Shown: positions 38,713 through 51,383 of the stretch, piece after piece | How positions within the stretch are numbered: position 1 is the stretch's first letter | Layout of the letters: every line of letters begins with the position of its first letter | Assembly: GCA_021613535.1 (NCBI GenBank) | Contig: CP075494.1 | Coordinates: forward strand, 15,686,001 to 15,750,000 | Direction: 5' to 3' | Source: Adineta vaga | Taxonomy: Eukaryota > Animalia > Rotifera | Length of the DNA: 64,000 nucleotides | Translations under genes and position numbers: made by a program | Notes under the pieces: model-generated | Database searches by the model: none | Told to the model about the DNA's origin: nothing | Seen by the model: the letters and a program-made list of their open reading frames with translations, nothing else

Positions 38713-40997
38713 CTAACGATTAGTATCAAATAGTTGTGATATTTCTCGAAGATTTCGCTTCAACTCAGTCATAGCAATCGACAATTGTATGCGATGAAGA
38801 AGTGGATGCGTTGATGAGTGATGCTGCAATAAAAGTTTGCGTGCTTGATAGTAGTTGTATAATGCTGATTCAGTGTCATCTAATTCCAAGAAGGCTGAAC
38901 CGATGTCAAAATATGCTTGAGAAATTGCTGAAGAGTTCGGTGGTAGATTACAGTCTTCGATTATTCTACGATAACATAGAATAGACATTGACCAGTCTTC
39001 TTCACTTTCGTATCGTTTAGCTAATTCTAACAGTCCTTGCACCGATGGTTTTTCTAACCTGCAAAGATCTTCTAGAATTTGTAGTGCTCGATTATTGTGA
39101 CCAAGTGCAGCGGTGCTCGTAGCCATCTGAGTTGTAACCAAGTGTTGCATAACACTCTTCTGATTCGATAAGAGAGCAGCAGGTGATGTGTGAGCAGCAT
39201 TGAAATGTTTTAATGCCTGTGTGTGGTCACCCACAATAGAATCAAAAATGCCTCTTATCAAGTGCATTTGCAGCCACACTGGATGAGATTGTGGAAATGA
39301 TGATAAAGTTAAGTATGACTCTGCATCATTCATCACTGATAACAATGACGAAGGTATCCTCTCATCAATATTTGTAACGTCACTCAAATTTGATATATTT
39401 GGTAGGCACTCAAGCAAAGGCAATAGTAGGTTACGCGCGACGATCGGTAAATCTGTATCACTTAAGAACTTAAAAATATATTCTTTGATTGCTAACTCCA
39501 TTTCTGAGATGGTTGGAAGCAAGGTTTCATCTGCATATGTTGTTGAATTCATCAAAGCATCAAATTGGCTCAAAATGTAATAAAGTCTCTGCTGGACATT
39601 CGTATTATCAAGTTTGGATAGTTTAAACATTTGTTCCAGTTTTTCATAATTACTCGTCACGTGAACAAGTTCCATCAGTGAATCGATATAAAAAGACTCG
39701 CTTTGTGCACTGCGCAGGTGCGTATTCAAAATAAATGTTCTTAGTTCTTTGACATTCGGATGCATCTCATAACACAATCGAGCTTGAATACAAATGTTCT
39801 TGTATTTAGAATTAGTCGTCACTGATTCAACTAGAAGAGTGCTTCCCATGGATAACAGTACTTCTTCTTCATCTGGAATTGAGCTTAAAGCACGAATATC
39901 AGCGAAAGGTGAAGAATCTCCATCAAGTGACTTCCGATCAATCACAATTTCGAGCATGATATCTCTTTCGAGATCGTTGCCTAAATACGTCATTGCGACT
40001 TCCACATTCAATGATGTCGATACAAATGAATTGATAGAGAGAATGGTACCAGATTGACAAGATCGTAAATGATTGCTTTCTTCAGATGACACTGTCATTG
40101 CACGATACAATGTTATTGTCGTTGGTTGATCTAGTAATAGTTTGAAAATAGAAATGATCATTCATTCTTCACAGACATTTTACTCTAGAGCTTGCAAACT
40201 TTTTTATAGAGAGATCACTTACGATTTGCAGATTGATCACTCAAATATTGTTTGCGAAATAATTTGTTCAATTGTTCGTAGACATCTCGAATGAAGAACC
40301 GAAACTTGAACAAGATGGCTAGATTCTGAGTTCGAAGAGCTTTGTTGACCAATCGATAAACAAATGAATCACGTGAATACCAACGAATGGCATCTCCAGG
40401 ACGATAGTTCTTCTCAAATTGTTCGATTTGTGCTAGTTGAGATGAATTTTTACGATAGAAAAAACGTGCTTCTTTGATCATTTCAGCATAGACATCTGTA
40501 GGAGGTACAGGCATACGAAGAAGACCTTGCAAAAGTATGTCAGACCATATAGAATGGATAGCATTTCCTTGTGGATTCTGTATAGTCGATGTTTCTCGAT
40601 TGTCGGATATAGTCAGATGTAAGGATTGACTTTGTTGACAAATGCGTATATCTCTTAAAACTTGTTGAGATAGACTCATAGGATCATTGAAAACCCCATG
40701 AACTTTAGGTGTGTATTTGTGTTCAGATATTTCACTAAGATACATACAATGAACATGTTGAAAGTCGTCTAGTATAGGTATGAGATGATTCCAACCAAAA
40801 CCAAGCCATACGAAAACGTGAACGTCTTTTGAGTTGAGTGCTAAGTAGTATTCAATACATTCATCAACATCTTCGAAATAATACACATCAATTCCGTTCT
40901 GTTGAAAATAGTCTATACAGGTCGGATCTACATTAACAGGTTCGATACAAAGCAAAAGGATATCTTCTTCTACTTCCGAAGTTCGATTTTCAACCAT
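38713..40997 (-). CDS. ART-like (NAD:arginine ADP-ribosyltransferase fold) protein with C-terminal TPR repeats, 2 exons
   Basis: AIRWYSRDSFVYRLVNKALR...LYRAM...SFVSTS...DEEEVL (R-S-E catalytic signature), then TPR-like helices. Intron 40131-40222 (GTAAGT...CTAG) keeps the frame. Confidence 0.85.
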
Positions 40998-43616
40998 TTT
41001 AAAAACGAGTGAAAGTGTGAAGGTATATAATTGTATGTATGAATCGTATATGATAACAACAGTTAGCTATAGAAATGAAGAGAGAGAGAAAACGAATAAG
41101 TGTTACAATAATTGAGTCGTAAATTCGAATGAATTTGAGTGATATGTCTCTCGCAATAAATACTTTTATGGAGATTAACGTTTCTTCTACTTCCTCGATT
41201 ATTTACGTTTGCGTTTTATATGCCAATATTGAAATTCAATCATAGATGGCGGAACATCATTAAGTTACAGAAAAAGTTTACGAACTTTTGAAATGATAAG
41301 AAAAAATGTAAAAAAGGTAATGCGTAATTTTTACGGTTTTTAAACGTCCGCATTATGATCAATATTATTTTCCAAAATATAGTACTGTCGTAGATTGGAT
41401 TGAATTTTTTTAATCAAAATAAGCAGCACTATTATATCCTTAGACAGCTCATTCATCTTATGTGAAACTCGACATTTGTCTGCATCAACATGACTTCCAT
41501 ATTTTTTCACGTACTTTGTACCGAATATTTACGTTATCTATCTCAGATAAAGTTAAATATCTTCAAAATAATCTAATTCTTTTGATTGTAGAATCTTGTA
41601 AATATACACTGCCGTAAGCAGAGCACCTTAGGGAATTGATTTCCGTGTGATTTTTCGAAAATAAACAAATCACATTGTATGGTGTACGACTAAGAGTTAA
41701 CCACTTATTGTACTTTCTGAAAGCAATCTAATTTTATTTTTGTTCTATTAAACACGATCGGCGTATTAATGAGAATTATGAATATTCTAAATGTATTCCT
41801 AATGATCAAGAAGATAATCTATATTTCTTCTCTCTCTAATCTTTATTGCATAAATCTAATAGCAGAAAAGATTTTCTTTACAAAAGGAAATCAAAGTAGT
41901 TTAACCGTTATGAAATGGCATTTCGCTAATGGATCGGAAGTGGTGACGTGAAATGGATTGTTATGATTTATCTACTCATTGTCAATCAAAACTGAAGGCT
42001 TCAGTTGAAGAGAACTTTTTTTATATGATTGATTCAACGAAAAGAATATCGATAATCAAGAAAGTAAGTAAACAAACTTTTGTAAAAGCGCGTGACAAAA
42101 CTTCATAATAAACAATTAATTTCTTCTATTTCTTTTCTTTCGTTTAATGATAGGTAATTATGTTAATGAATTCTTATCATAAAACGAAATAACTACTCAA
42201 GGAAATGAAGTATTTCAGTTGTAATTTCTTTGTCAAATATCATTTCCCTAGAAGATCATATCAAAAGAACTTATGGTTGTTTTCGATGCATTTATTCGAA
42301 AATAGATTTCATGTTTTCTTTGTTTCTATTCATTTGCATAACAAACGGAAAAAGAAAATTGTCTGAAAATCGATTATTAGTCTTTTTCTTTGATTCTCTC
42401 TACTCAAAGATACAATAGACATTCTCAATGAGAAAAATTATATCCAATATTGATCTTATACGAGATGAATAGATGGAAGTAGTTTTTCAAGAAAATAAAT
42501 AAACATTGATATTATTTATATGAACATTCTTCGTCGATTTTAGAATAATTTAATTAAATTGATTACGAACGAACATCAAACGAAGATAAGATGAAAAAGA
42601 AGAGAATTGAGTAAGTTGTTTCTTGTTCTGTAAGGTATCATCCGGAATGAATATTATTATTTGTTGATGAAAAAAAAAAGTGGGTTATAAAGAGTATATC
42701 TAACACTATCGATCATTTCGTGATAGCTAAACTCACATCAAATTTGTGGATATTTTCATTTTTATTATTACTTTGATGTGAATGCCATGATTTCTAGGAA
42801 TTACACACGATTCAATAGAGAAATAAGATAATTTTAGATTTTTTTCTTCTTCAAGGTAATCGATATATTCTTCGACCATTTTTCTTTTTCTTCCGGAGGT
42901 AAAATACGTACGAACTTCGATGAAAACGGAAGTCTTCGATTATATTGTCGACAATTAATTGAATGAGAAAAAGAGGAAACCGAGGGAAGAAAAAAAGAAG
43001 AAAGTAGTGTTTTTCTTTTTTCAAAATTATTCTATTTTTATTAAGATTTTCTTCAAATGACTCTTCACATTATATAAAACAGAGTTTGATCATACTTTAT
43101 TCTTCTATTTTTCATTGTTTATGAAGTAGAAAAACACAATCTTATAGACATATAGTTATAAGAATATTGAAGATATAGAAGTGATGATAAGAAAGGTTAT
43201 TATACCATGATAGGATTTATTATTATTCTATTCGTTTTTATTGAGTTCAATGGGTAAGTACTGGATTTTGATTATTCATTGGAGATAAGTGAAAGTGTTC
43301 TCTAGTCCTTTTATGAAAATGAATCACTCGATATTTTATTGCATGTCGAAATAATGATTTTCTTTTGTATTTTCCCCAAAAGATGAATATAATTTGAATA
43401 TGTCAAATGTAAATGAGATAGACTCAATACAACGAAGAAGAAGAAGAAATGATCATTGCATCTCGATGTTGATGACGAGATTAAAAATAGAAAAAGAGTC
43501 ATTTATGTTCATAGTTAATGAAAATTTATTATTTCAAATCACATGAGAATAATTTTATTTATGACAAAAAATATAATCGTGAATATTCACTTTTTGTTTT
43601 CTTCAGATATAATGCC

Positions 43617-44950
43617 ATGTGGCGACAAGTAACAAATGAAATACTGGATGGGATTTGTATCATAATGCTTGTTCTTGGTACAATTGGAAATATTCTTGGT
43701 CTTATTGTTTTTTCGTCACGAAAATTTCGTCGAACAAGTTACGGTCGTTTAGCTATTGCATCGTTAATTATTAATCTTTTATGTGTATTTCGTTATTCAT
43801 TTATTTTACATTCAAAAGTACGTCGTTGGATTCAATTTACTACTGGTCAAACATGGTTTAATTGTAAATTATATCGACTTTCATCTTGTTTACGTATATT
43901 ATCCGCTTTTATAACTGTTGCTTGGACATATGAACGTTTTATTTATGTAACAATTAATTATAGTTCGTATATTAATCATCCATCTTTGAAAAGATATAAA
44001 TTTGCTTTAATGGCCTTGGTTTCATTAATTATTATCGGTGGACTTACTGGACCAACGGTTTATTTCTATCAACCAAGAATAAGTCCATTATATAAACAAC
44101 AAGAAAATTTCACATCAACAATATCAATCAGGTAAGACAAGAGATGAATTCGAGGTTCAGAACAATCTTTTCTCTAGTGGATTAAGAAAAACTAATATAG
44201 AATTCTGATCATTCTATATAATAATTTACATCGAATTCATAGGAGAATTAAATTCTATTTTGTAGATTAACAAATCTTCCATCTTATCGTGCAGATTGTG
44301 CTTTAAAAAATTCTATTTCTCCATCTTGGCGAACATTTTTAACTGGCGTTAAATTCGGTTTCAATTATACAACATTACGTTCGATATTTTCAGAATTAAT
44401 TCCATCGATTCTTGTTATTCTTTTTGATATTGGAATTATTGTTCATGTTGTTCAATCAACATCATCAATATCAACAAATGGTTCATCAACAAATACTCGT
44501 CCAAATTATCGTGCATCACTACAAGTCAAAGAAGGTGCCGATGGTCTTATCGTCCATAATCGTCCACGAACATCATGGATGAATATTGTTTTAATCATTC
44601 ATTCATTTCTTTTTTGTTTTTCATCATTAAGCGCAACAATTGTTCATTGGTCAACATTTGATTCTCTTTTATCGTATTGGACAAGTATTGTTATTTTAGC
44701 AAATTGTTCATTGAATTTTTATGTTTATTGTTTAAGTGGCAAATCATTTCGAAATGAAATACATAAATTATTTTATCGTTATTTTCAATTATATTGCGTT
44801 GAAAGATGTTTAAATTTATTTCGAACAAAATCTCAAAGAGAAGAAACTTCACAAATAGTTCATATGCGTTTAGTTCGACAACAAAGTTCTCTTATTTCAC
44901 CACAAACGATCGCTCATTTACGTAAAGAATCTTTAATTTCAACACATTAA
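43617..44950 (+). CDS. Rhodopsin-like peptide-receptor-type GPCR, 2 coding exons
   Basis: GTIGNIL, WFNCKLY...WTYERF, intron 44132-44265, then ...SELIPS...NCSLNFYVYCLSGKSFR. Confidence 0.85.
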
Positions 44951-45989
44951 TATCCTCTTCATATGAACAAAAAATATATAATTTTTCATATTAATTAATT
45001 TTTTTTAATGTAGATGAAAATATACTAGTGCCTTGTTTTGTATAATTTTAATGCAATATTCATCTGAATGTAATACTGAAGACTATCGATAAATACACAA
45101 ATATATCCAAATTCTTTGTATTTGAGTTTATTATTGGATTTTATGATACTCTAAAAGAAAATTTCCTCGTTGTATTACAGAAATTAGATTATCTTTCATT
45201 TTTCTGTTATATTAAGATCAGTATAGTAACGATATACAAAATTTAATAGATTTAAAAAAACACTTGAATACACACACAATATCTTGATAACAAATATCGA
45301 CACATAATTGTCCAATAATATGATGATAATCATATTTGGGTAGCAACAGGTAAAATTGTTTCTTCATTCATTCTTTTTATTAGATAGATGATATATCGAG
45401 CAATAACCATAGGGGTGTCACTTTTGCGTTCCGTTCTAAGGAATGGGAGTGCGCCAGAATACACCTCTTTCTGATTGTTTGCCAGTTATGAAAAGAATGA
45501 AATACGTCTACTCCTTTTAAAAAAGTCAAAGATTTAGTAGAGTTCCCCGTTTCAGGAACGGGGAACAGACAACAGTTTTGCTTAATATTGTACATAACTA
45601 CATGTCGCGCATCGAACTCTTTTATTTTAATTAAAAGAAAAAAACAATATTACAAAAATAATAATTTTATACAAAAGAATTTTCTACTAAGTCTCAGCTC
45701 TTAAAAGTGAAGTCCATTTTCCACCAATCGGTGTGAAGCTAGCACGACGCTCTTCGATACGAACAACTTCATATACCAAGAGATCCTATCAACAATCACT
45801 TAGGAATCGTTTATATAGCATTTCATTCAGTTGCAGCTTGTCAAGAATTTCTCGAAAAATTTCGTTTCTTGGATAAATTCTTATATATCACGTTATGTAT
45901 CGGTGTGAAGCTGCTAGCACGACGAAACAAAGAATTTTGGATTTAACTACTAGAAACAAATTATTATCATATTTATATGATGCAAATAG

Positions 45990-46660
45990 TTTAAAAGATC
46001 GTTGAAAACAAATGATAGATACTGCTATAGAAATTTATAAAGATATAAAAGACAAAAATATCTCAAAAACATAAATATCAAATTAAAGATGATAATGTAA
46101 TATATGCTAAAGGACCTTATGGAAAATATGCGTCAAGTTCTCGTCATTTTTATGAAAACAGTTTTTATTACTCAAAATAAAATTTATGATGGAAAAGAGG
46201 GAAAAGATTGTAATGATGTAAATAAATAAATTAAAGATGAATATGTTGGACATGGCGGAAATGTAAATTTATTAACAAGAGAATTTAGACGTGGAGTTGA
46301 TTTTCAATCGGAAACAAAAGTTAACGAAGCAGATGGTATAGTTATTCAAACATTTTTTTCAAAAGATATTAAAGAAGAAATACAAACTAAAGGAAGAACA
46401 GTAAGGAAAGATGAGTTAGGAATTTATGAATTAATTTTATGTTTAGAACATCTTAGGAAGTCTGAGATGGAAACAGCAAGTAATGTCATATATGATTAGT
46501 TGAATAGACACAGAATTGAAAAAAAGTAATTCACACTCTAGAAATAAAAATGAAGAGAAGCATAAGCGTATATTAGATTGTTTTCGAAAAACAATAAATG
46601 GATATGACGACACAAAGTGAAAGGATTTAATTCAAGAAATTATAGAGTTACCCAAGTAAA
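45990..46660 (+). pseudogene. Degenerate SecA-like/SF2 helicase C-terminal fragment
   Basis: About 46248-46470 translates as GHGGNVNLLTREFRRGVDFQSETKVNEADGIVIQTFFSKDIKEEIQTKGRTVRKDELGIYELIL. This is a decayed version of SecA-type motifs V/VI (T..xGRGxD...GGxHVI...QxxGRxxRxG). It is surrounded by stops and frameshifts. Confidence 0.6.
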
Positions 46661-47435
46661 TTTATGAATTTATTTATATGTTCTTTTCTTTATTTAATTA
46701 TAATTTGTACATTGTAATTACTTTCTCTAGTATGTATTTTATGTCATTTTTTATTATCGTATAATAGAAATACCAGTGTTTCAGAGTGAAATAATGTCAT
46801 ATTGAGTGTAGTATTTATTAATTCAAGACTGTAGCACATCTTATTTGTCTTTAATAAATTCATTAAAATAATCGATCGATGATATGATTATATATATTTA
46901 TAGATACAATCACTCAAAATCTATTACAATAGATTACGATACAAGGTCGAAAACATTCATAAAAAAACTATAAAGTGTTTTCATTGATATCTGTTAAATT
47001 TACATGAATTATTTTCACAATCAACATTCGAATAACATTATAATGTACTATAAATTATATTTCAAACCAACGCCTTATAAAATATGATTAGATTATTAAT
47101 CATTCAAATATTGTTATTTGAATAGTTGTTTTATTTATTGAGTTCTTAATTATCTGCTTATTAACAATATTACTACAAACAAGAATAGAAGTATGAAATA
47201 CAGTTAAAGCTCGATTTTTATTGGCATATTATGTAGTTGACTTTATAATAAATCATGAATGAATATTGTTTTAATCATTCATTAAACTATTTTATCATAT
47301 CTATACAAAATAGAAAGATATTTTGTTACTGCTATATCTTTGATTATAACAAATGTTACTTTATTCCTTTTTCTCTAAATAAAAAAAAGAGTTAAACTAA
47401 AATCAACTGTTATTTTAAAAGAAATAATTGATTAA

Positions 47436-48002
47436 TCATTTTGTTGTTTCTTTGTCACCAGAACTGTTTTGTATAATTTCAATCCAATATCCATCAGGAT
47501 CTAAGATAAATGCAATATGTCGCATTTGTCCATCTTCAGGTCGTTTTTTAAATCGAACACCTAATGTTGTAAAACGAGCACAAGCTTTATGAAGATCATC
47601 AACAAAGACACAAATATGTCCGAATCCTTTATGTTCAGGTTCATTACCAGATTTATATCCTTGAAAATCACTTTCAGGTAATTCTGTTCCCCAATTATGA
47701 CAGAGTTCAAGAATTCCTTGTTGTCTCCATAACCATTGCATTAATTGATCATGATTATCTCGATCTGGTACTTCGGATTGAGGATAACATAAGAAATAAT
47801 TTGTAAATTTTCCAGCAGGCATTGACATAACACGAACAAGAGTCATTCCAAGTATACGTGTATAAAAATCCAATGAAACATGTGGATCTTTGATACGGAA
47901 CATTGTGTGAGAAAAACCATACGATGATGTTATTGTATCTAATGGACCTGTTGGAAGGAAATGTGGATCAGGTGGTTGATAATTTTCAGGAAGACTGGAC
48001 AT
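47436..48002 (-). CDS. GLO1: Lactoylglutathione lyase (glyoxalase I), intronless
   Basis: FSHTMFRIKDP..SLDFYTRILGM, LELCHNWGTE, GFGHICV and FILDPDGYWIEI motifs. Confidence 0.93.
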   Translation of the reverse strand: MSSLPENYQPPDPHFLPTGPLDTITSSYGFSHTMFRIKDPHVSLDFYTRILGMTLVRVMSMPAGKFTNYFLCYPQSEVPDRDNHDQLMQWLWRQQGILELCHNWGTELPESDFQGYKSGNEPEHKGFGHICVFVDDLHKACARFTTLGVRFKKRPEDGQMRHIAFILDPDGYWIEIIQNSSGDKETTK

Positions 48003-48157
48003 TTTCTTTTACAAATTATCAATGAATCGACAGAACGTAATTTAATGTGTTATTTCACAAAAATAAAGTTTTTTCTTATCAAAGTCTATCGAGATTGGAT
48101 ATAATAATAATACCAATCTTTTTACGAAAAATTGAGATTTACTAGATATAAATTTCT

Positions 48158-49817
48158 ATGCGAGAGATGTCTCTGCGAATCAGTATTTTTATTCTATCAT
48201 GCATTGCAATTATGTTAGGTATTTCTGAAAACCTGAAGCATTTAAGTATTGTTGTACCATCAGTTGTAAAGTATTACAAAGCAACAAGAAATTATCCATG
48301 TTTGTCACTGTGTCAATTACCAGTACGAACGTTTTTTTCTTCGACACTTACGAAATTATCTCTCAATGTAATTGATTTAACGGATGTTTATGCTTTACTT
48401 GATGGTCGTCTTAAACAACTGACTACACTAATCGTTCAAACTGAATCCATCTGGAAGTCCGGATCGACATTTGATAACTCTGTAAGTTTTTTCATAAAAG
48501 ATAGAATACAATTTTGTATCTTTTACTGGGCGGATGTGTATATATAGCATTCATGAGAAGTCTCAGAACATGAACAGTTGAGGTTAAGATCATCTATTTT
48601 TTCACGAAATTTTTACTAGACATAGCATCGCTAAAATATAATCATAAGCAACAATCAAGATTGGATAATACTGGAGTGGTATGAGATTTGAATTGCTGAT
48701 GTTGATGATGTGAGTAGGGGCACATTTACGAGTTACAAGTGAAAGTAATTGTAGAAATCTTTTGAACATTGATATCAAGTTAGCAAAGTTGAATGTAATA
48801 TATGAGTGCGACGTTCGTTCAATCGAGTATATATGTAGACGAATTTGATGTGTACAATCGCAGTTTAAAAGATTTGTATGATAGAATTTCATGAACAATA
48901 ATTCAACTAAATGTGAGTTCGACATATTTTGAAATATTCAACCAGTGCTGTAGAAGATCTGGTTGAAAAAATACATATTTCATAGAATGAAAGAAACGTT
49001 TAAGAGGAAAATTACAAAGACGAATAAGTAATGTTTTTCTTTCTTTCAGTATTATCATTAATTAATTTAAAATGTTTCTCATTAACATGTAACACCGTTC
49101 TTGCAAGATATGACTTTAGAATTGAACATCTTCTTCGTCGAATGTTACATCTCGAAGAATTAACTTTATTTCTTGATGTTTTGAAAACATCGCCATTCAT
49201 CTATGGTACTTATCTTAATGATGAAATTCTTATTCATATGTCACATCTTCAAACATTTATATTTTATATTGAATGTATGGATGACATTGATAATGATTTC
49301 AGTGTTCATGTATCTGCTGATGATATTAAACAAAGTTTTACAGATTTCATATATGAACAACTGACTTACATGGTGGATTACTTTGATCATAACTGTATGA
49401 TAAGTCGCGTTTTTTCACTTCCGACTTGCTCGAGCGTTTCCATTTCTAAAAAAATTAACTATTTCAAATATGTGGTCACCGTTTTGGAGTTACGACGAAT
49501 TTCATCTTCACGATAAAGATTGGTGTTCAATTATTGAATATCCATTTCTAAGTTATCTTGACATGACAGATGCAAATACTTATTATCTTGAACACTTTCT
49601 TAATGAAACGAAAACACATTTACCTTGTTTATCAAAATTAAAAGTTGATTATGATCAGTTAGAGATGGTAACAAACAATTTTACAAAAGATGAAATACGA
49701 CGCACTTATAGTACAATAAATGAATTCAGTTTCGATTATCCGATAGATCATTTAGAAGTTATTACTAGTCGTTGTCCTTCATTGGCAAAATCATACATGG
49801 TGAACTATAAATGTTAA
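48158..49817 (+). pseudogene. Fragmented member of the rotifer-expanded F-box/LRR-like family
   Basis: FFSSTLTKLSLNV...ALLDGRLKQLTTLIV, LKCFSL...LLRRMLHLEELTL and YLEHFLNETKTHLPCL are spread over three frames, with a frameshift near 49440-49500. Confidence 0.6.
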
Positions 49818-50254
49818 TCTCAAATATGATCTTTTATTTAAAAAAATCCTGTTTATATAAAGAAACGATAAAAAAATAGAAACAACACTTTTTTCTTCTT
49901 ACCGTGTTTTTTATATGATGCATTGAAAAGCTGAAAGCATATCTCTATTTATTTCGATGATACTTGTAGAATAGAATTTGTTGCTGTCATGAGTTTTAGC
50001 TCAAGTTATTTTGATAAAATTCCAAGCTGAGACTTTTTTCAAGACATTCACGAAGTTTCTTTATGTTAACTTTGACTTACAACGAAAAACTTCTTCGATT
50101 CCAGTTGTGACCTGGAAAGATATAATTCTTTTCGATGTCTTCTTGTTTATATTTCTTTCCGAACACATGGCTTGTATTTTTCTCTTTTCTGACTTTCCGA
50201 TAAATAAATATATATGTATGATCACATGTCTTTTTCAAAAGAGATTCTTTCAAA

Positions 50255-51058
50255 ATGACATCATTATTATCATCCGTCCATCCTATCAAACGATATGCAA
50301 CAGAACATTCATTTGTTCCATTACTTACTTCATCTGAATCATTCATTCTTAGTTATGATGAGTATCCTCAACCGTTAATTCGTTTATTTAATAGTAATTG
50401 TAATCAAATAATGTGTACTTATCTTCCATCATTATTAGTTGATATGTGTTATTCATCGTATCTTGATTCATTTATCCTTCAAACATCTGTATGTCTTTAT
50501 AAATTAAATTCATCGATTGGCAAAATAGAACATATTGATGATTATGAATTATTAAAAGAAAATCGTTCAATGTCATCTCTTTGTTCAACAAATGATCATC
50601 GTTTATTTATTTTATATCGTTTTGGTGAATATTTAGATCAATATCCACGTGGAAAACGTATCTGGAAACGACGACATTTATGTGATTCAATATCAGAAGA
50701 TATTTCATTAATTCGATCATCAAAAAATGATGATAATTCATTTCTTCTTGGTTTACTTATTGTTGAATGGAATGGTGTATGGCGTATTGATATTTTTTCA
50801 TCATCATTACATAAACTTCATACAGGATTTCGTTTCAATGGATGGACACGTGATGTCTGGTTATCTGAATGGTCACCTTATCAATCTTGGTTTGTTGGAA
50901 GTACATATCGTCTAATGATTGATTCTAAAGGACAACCAATAAATATTCCAACACATGAACTTAATTCTAATGTAAAGAATATTAGTTGGATGACTAACTT
51001 TAATCATATTAAACTAATTGTCACACGAGAAGAAAAAGTATTGACATTTTTTAAATAG
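50255..51058 (+). CDS. Uncharacterised 267-aa protein (beta-strand-rich, propeller-like)
   Basis: Uninterrupted ORF with host-like codon usage. A deleted duplicate lies at 54873-55134. Confidence 0.7.
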   Translation: MTSLLSSVHPIKRYATEHSFVPLLTSSESFILSYDEYPQPLIRLFNSNCNQIMCTYLPSLLVDMCYSSYLDSFILQTSVCLYKLNSSIGKIEHIDDYELLKENRSMSSLCSTNDHRLFILYRFGEYLDQYPRGKRIWKRRHLCDSISEDISLIRSSKNDDNSFLLGLLIVEWNGVWRIDIFSSSLHKLHTGFRFNGWTRDVWLSEWSPYQSWFVGSTYRLMIDSKGQPINIPTHELNSNVKNISWMTNFNHIKLIVTREEKVLTFFK

Positions 51059-51159
51059 TTTTCTATCTAAAAAATAAAAGAAAATCATAAGTTTAGCAAC
51101 GAAAATTTCTTTTATGTATGTGAAACTGTCGACATGTGTTGATAATTGAACATGATTAC

Positions 51160-51270
51160 TTCTCTTTTGATTAACATCTGAGAAATCTTTTCGCATTTCG
51201 CGAAGAGTTTGAATCATATTCAATACTTTTATCTTTCAGTTCATTGCATTAGGTCCAATACCACCATAAT
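51160..51270 (-). pseudogene. Decayed remnant of the V-ATPase E last exon
   Basis: ...ATACTTTTATCTTTCAGTTCATTGCATTAGGTCCAATACCACCA resembles 55394-55438 (ATACTTTGATCTTTCCATTCATTGCATATAGTTCAATACCACCA). Confidence 0.6.
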
Positions 51271-51383
51271 CGGGAGGATATAGGTGGATAATGAGGAAAT
51301 TTCATAGTTATCTTAGTCGCACTCAACTATGACAGTGGTTTAGCTCTGCTGAAATAAGATATAGTCAGAAAAATACACCTCTA

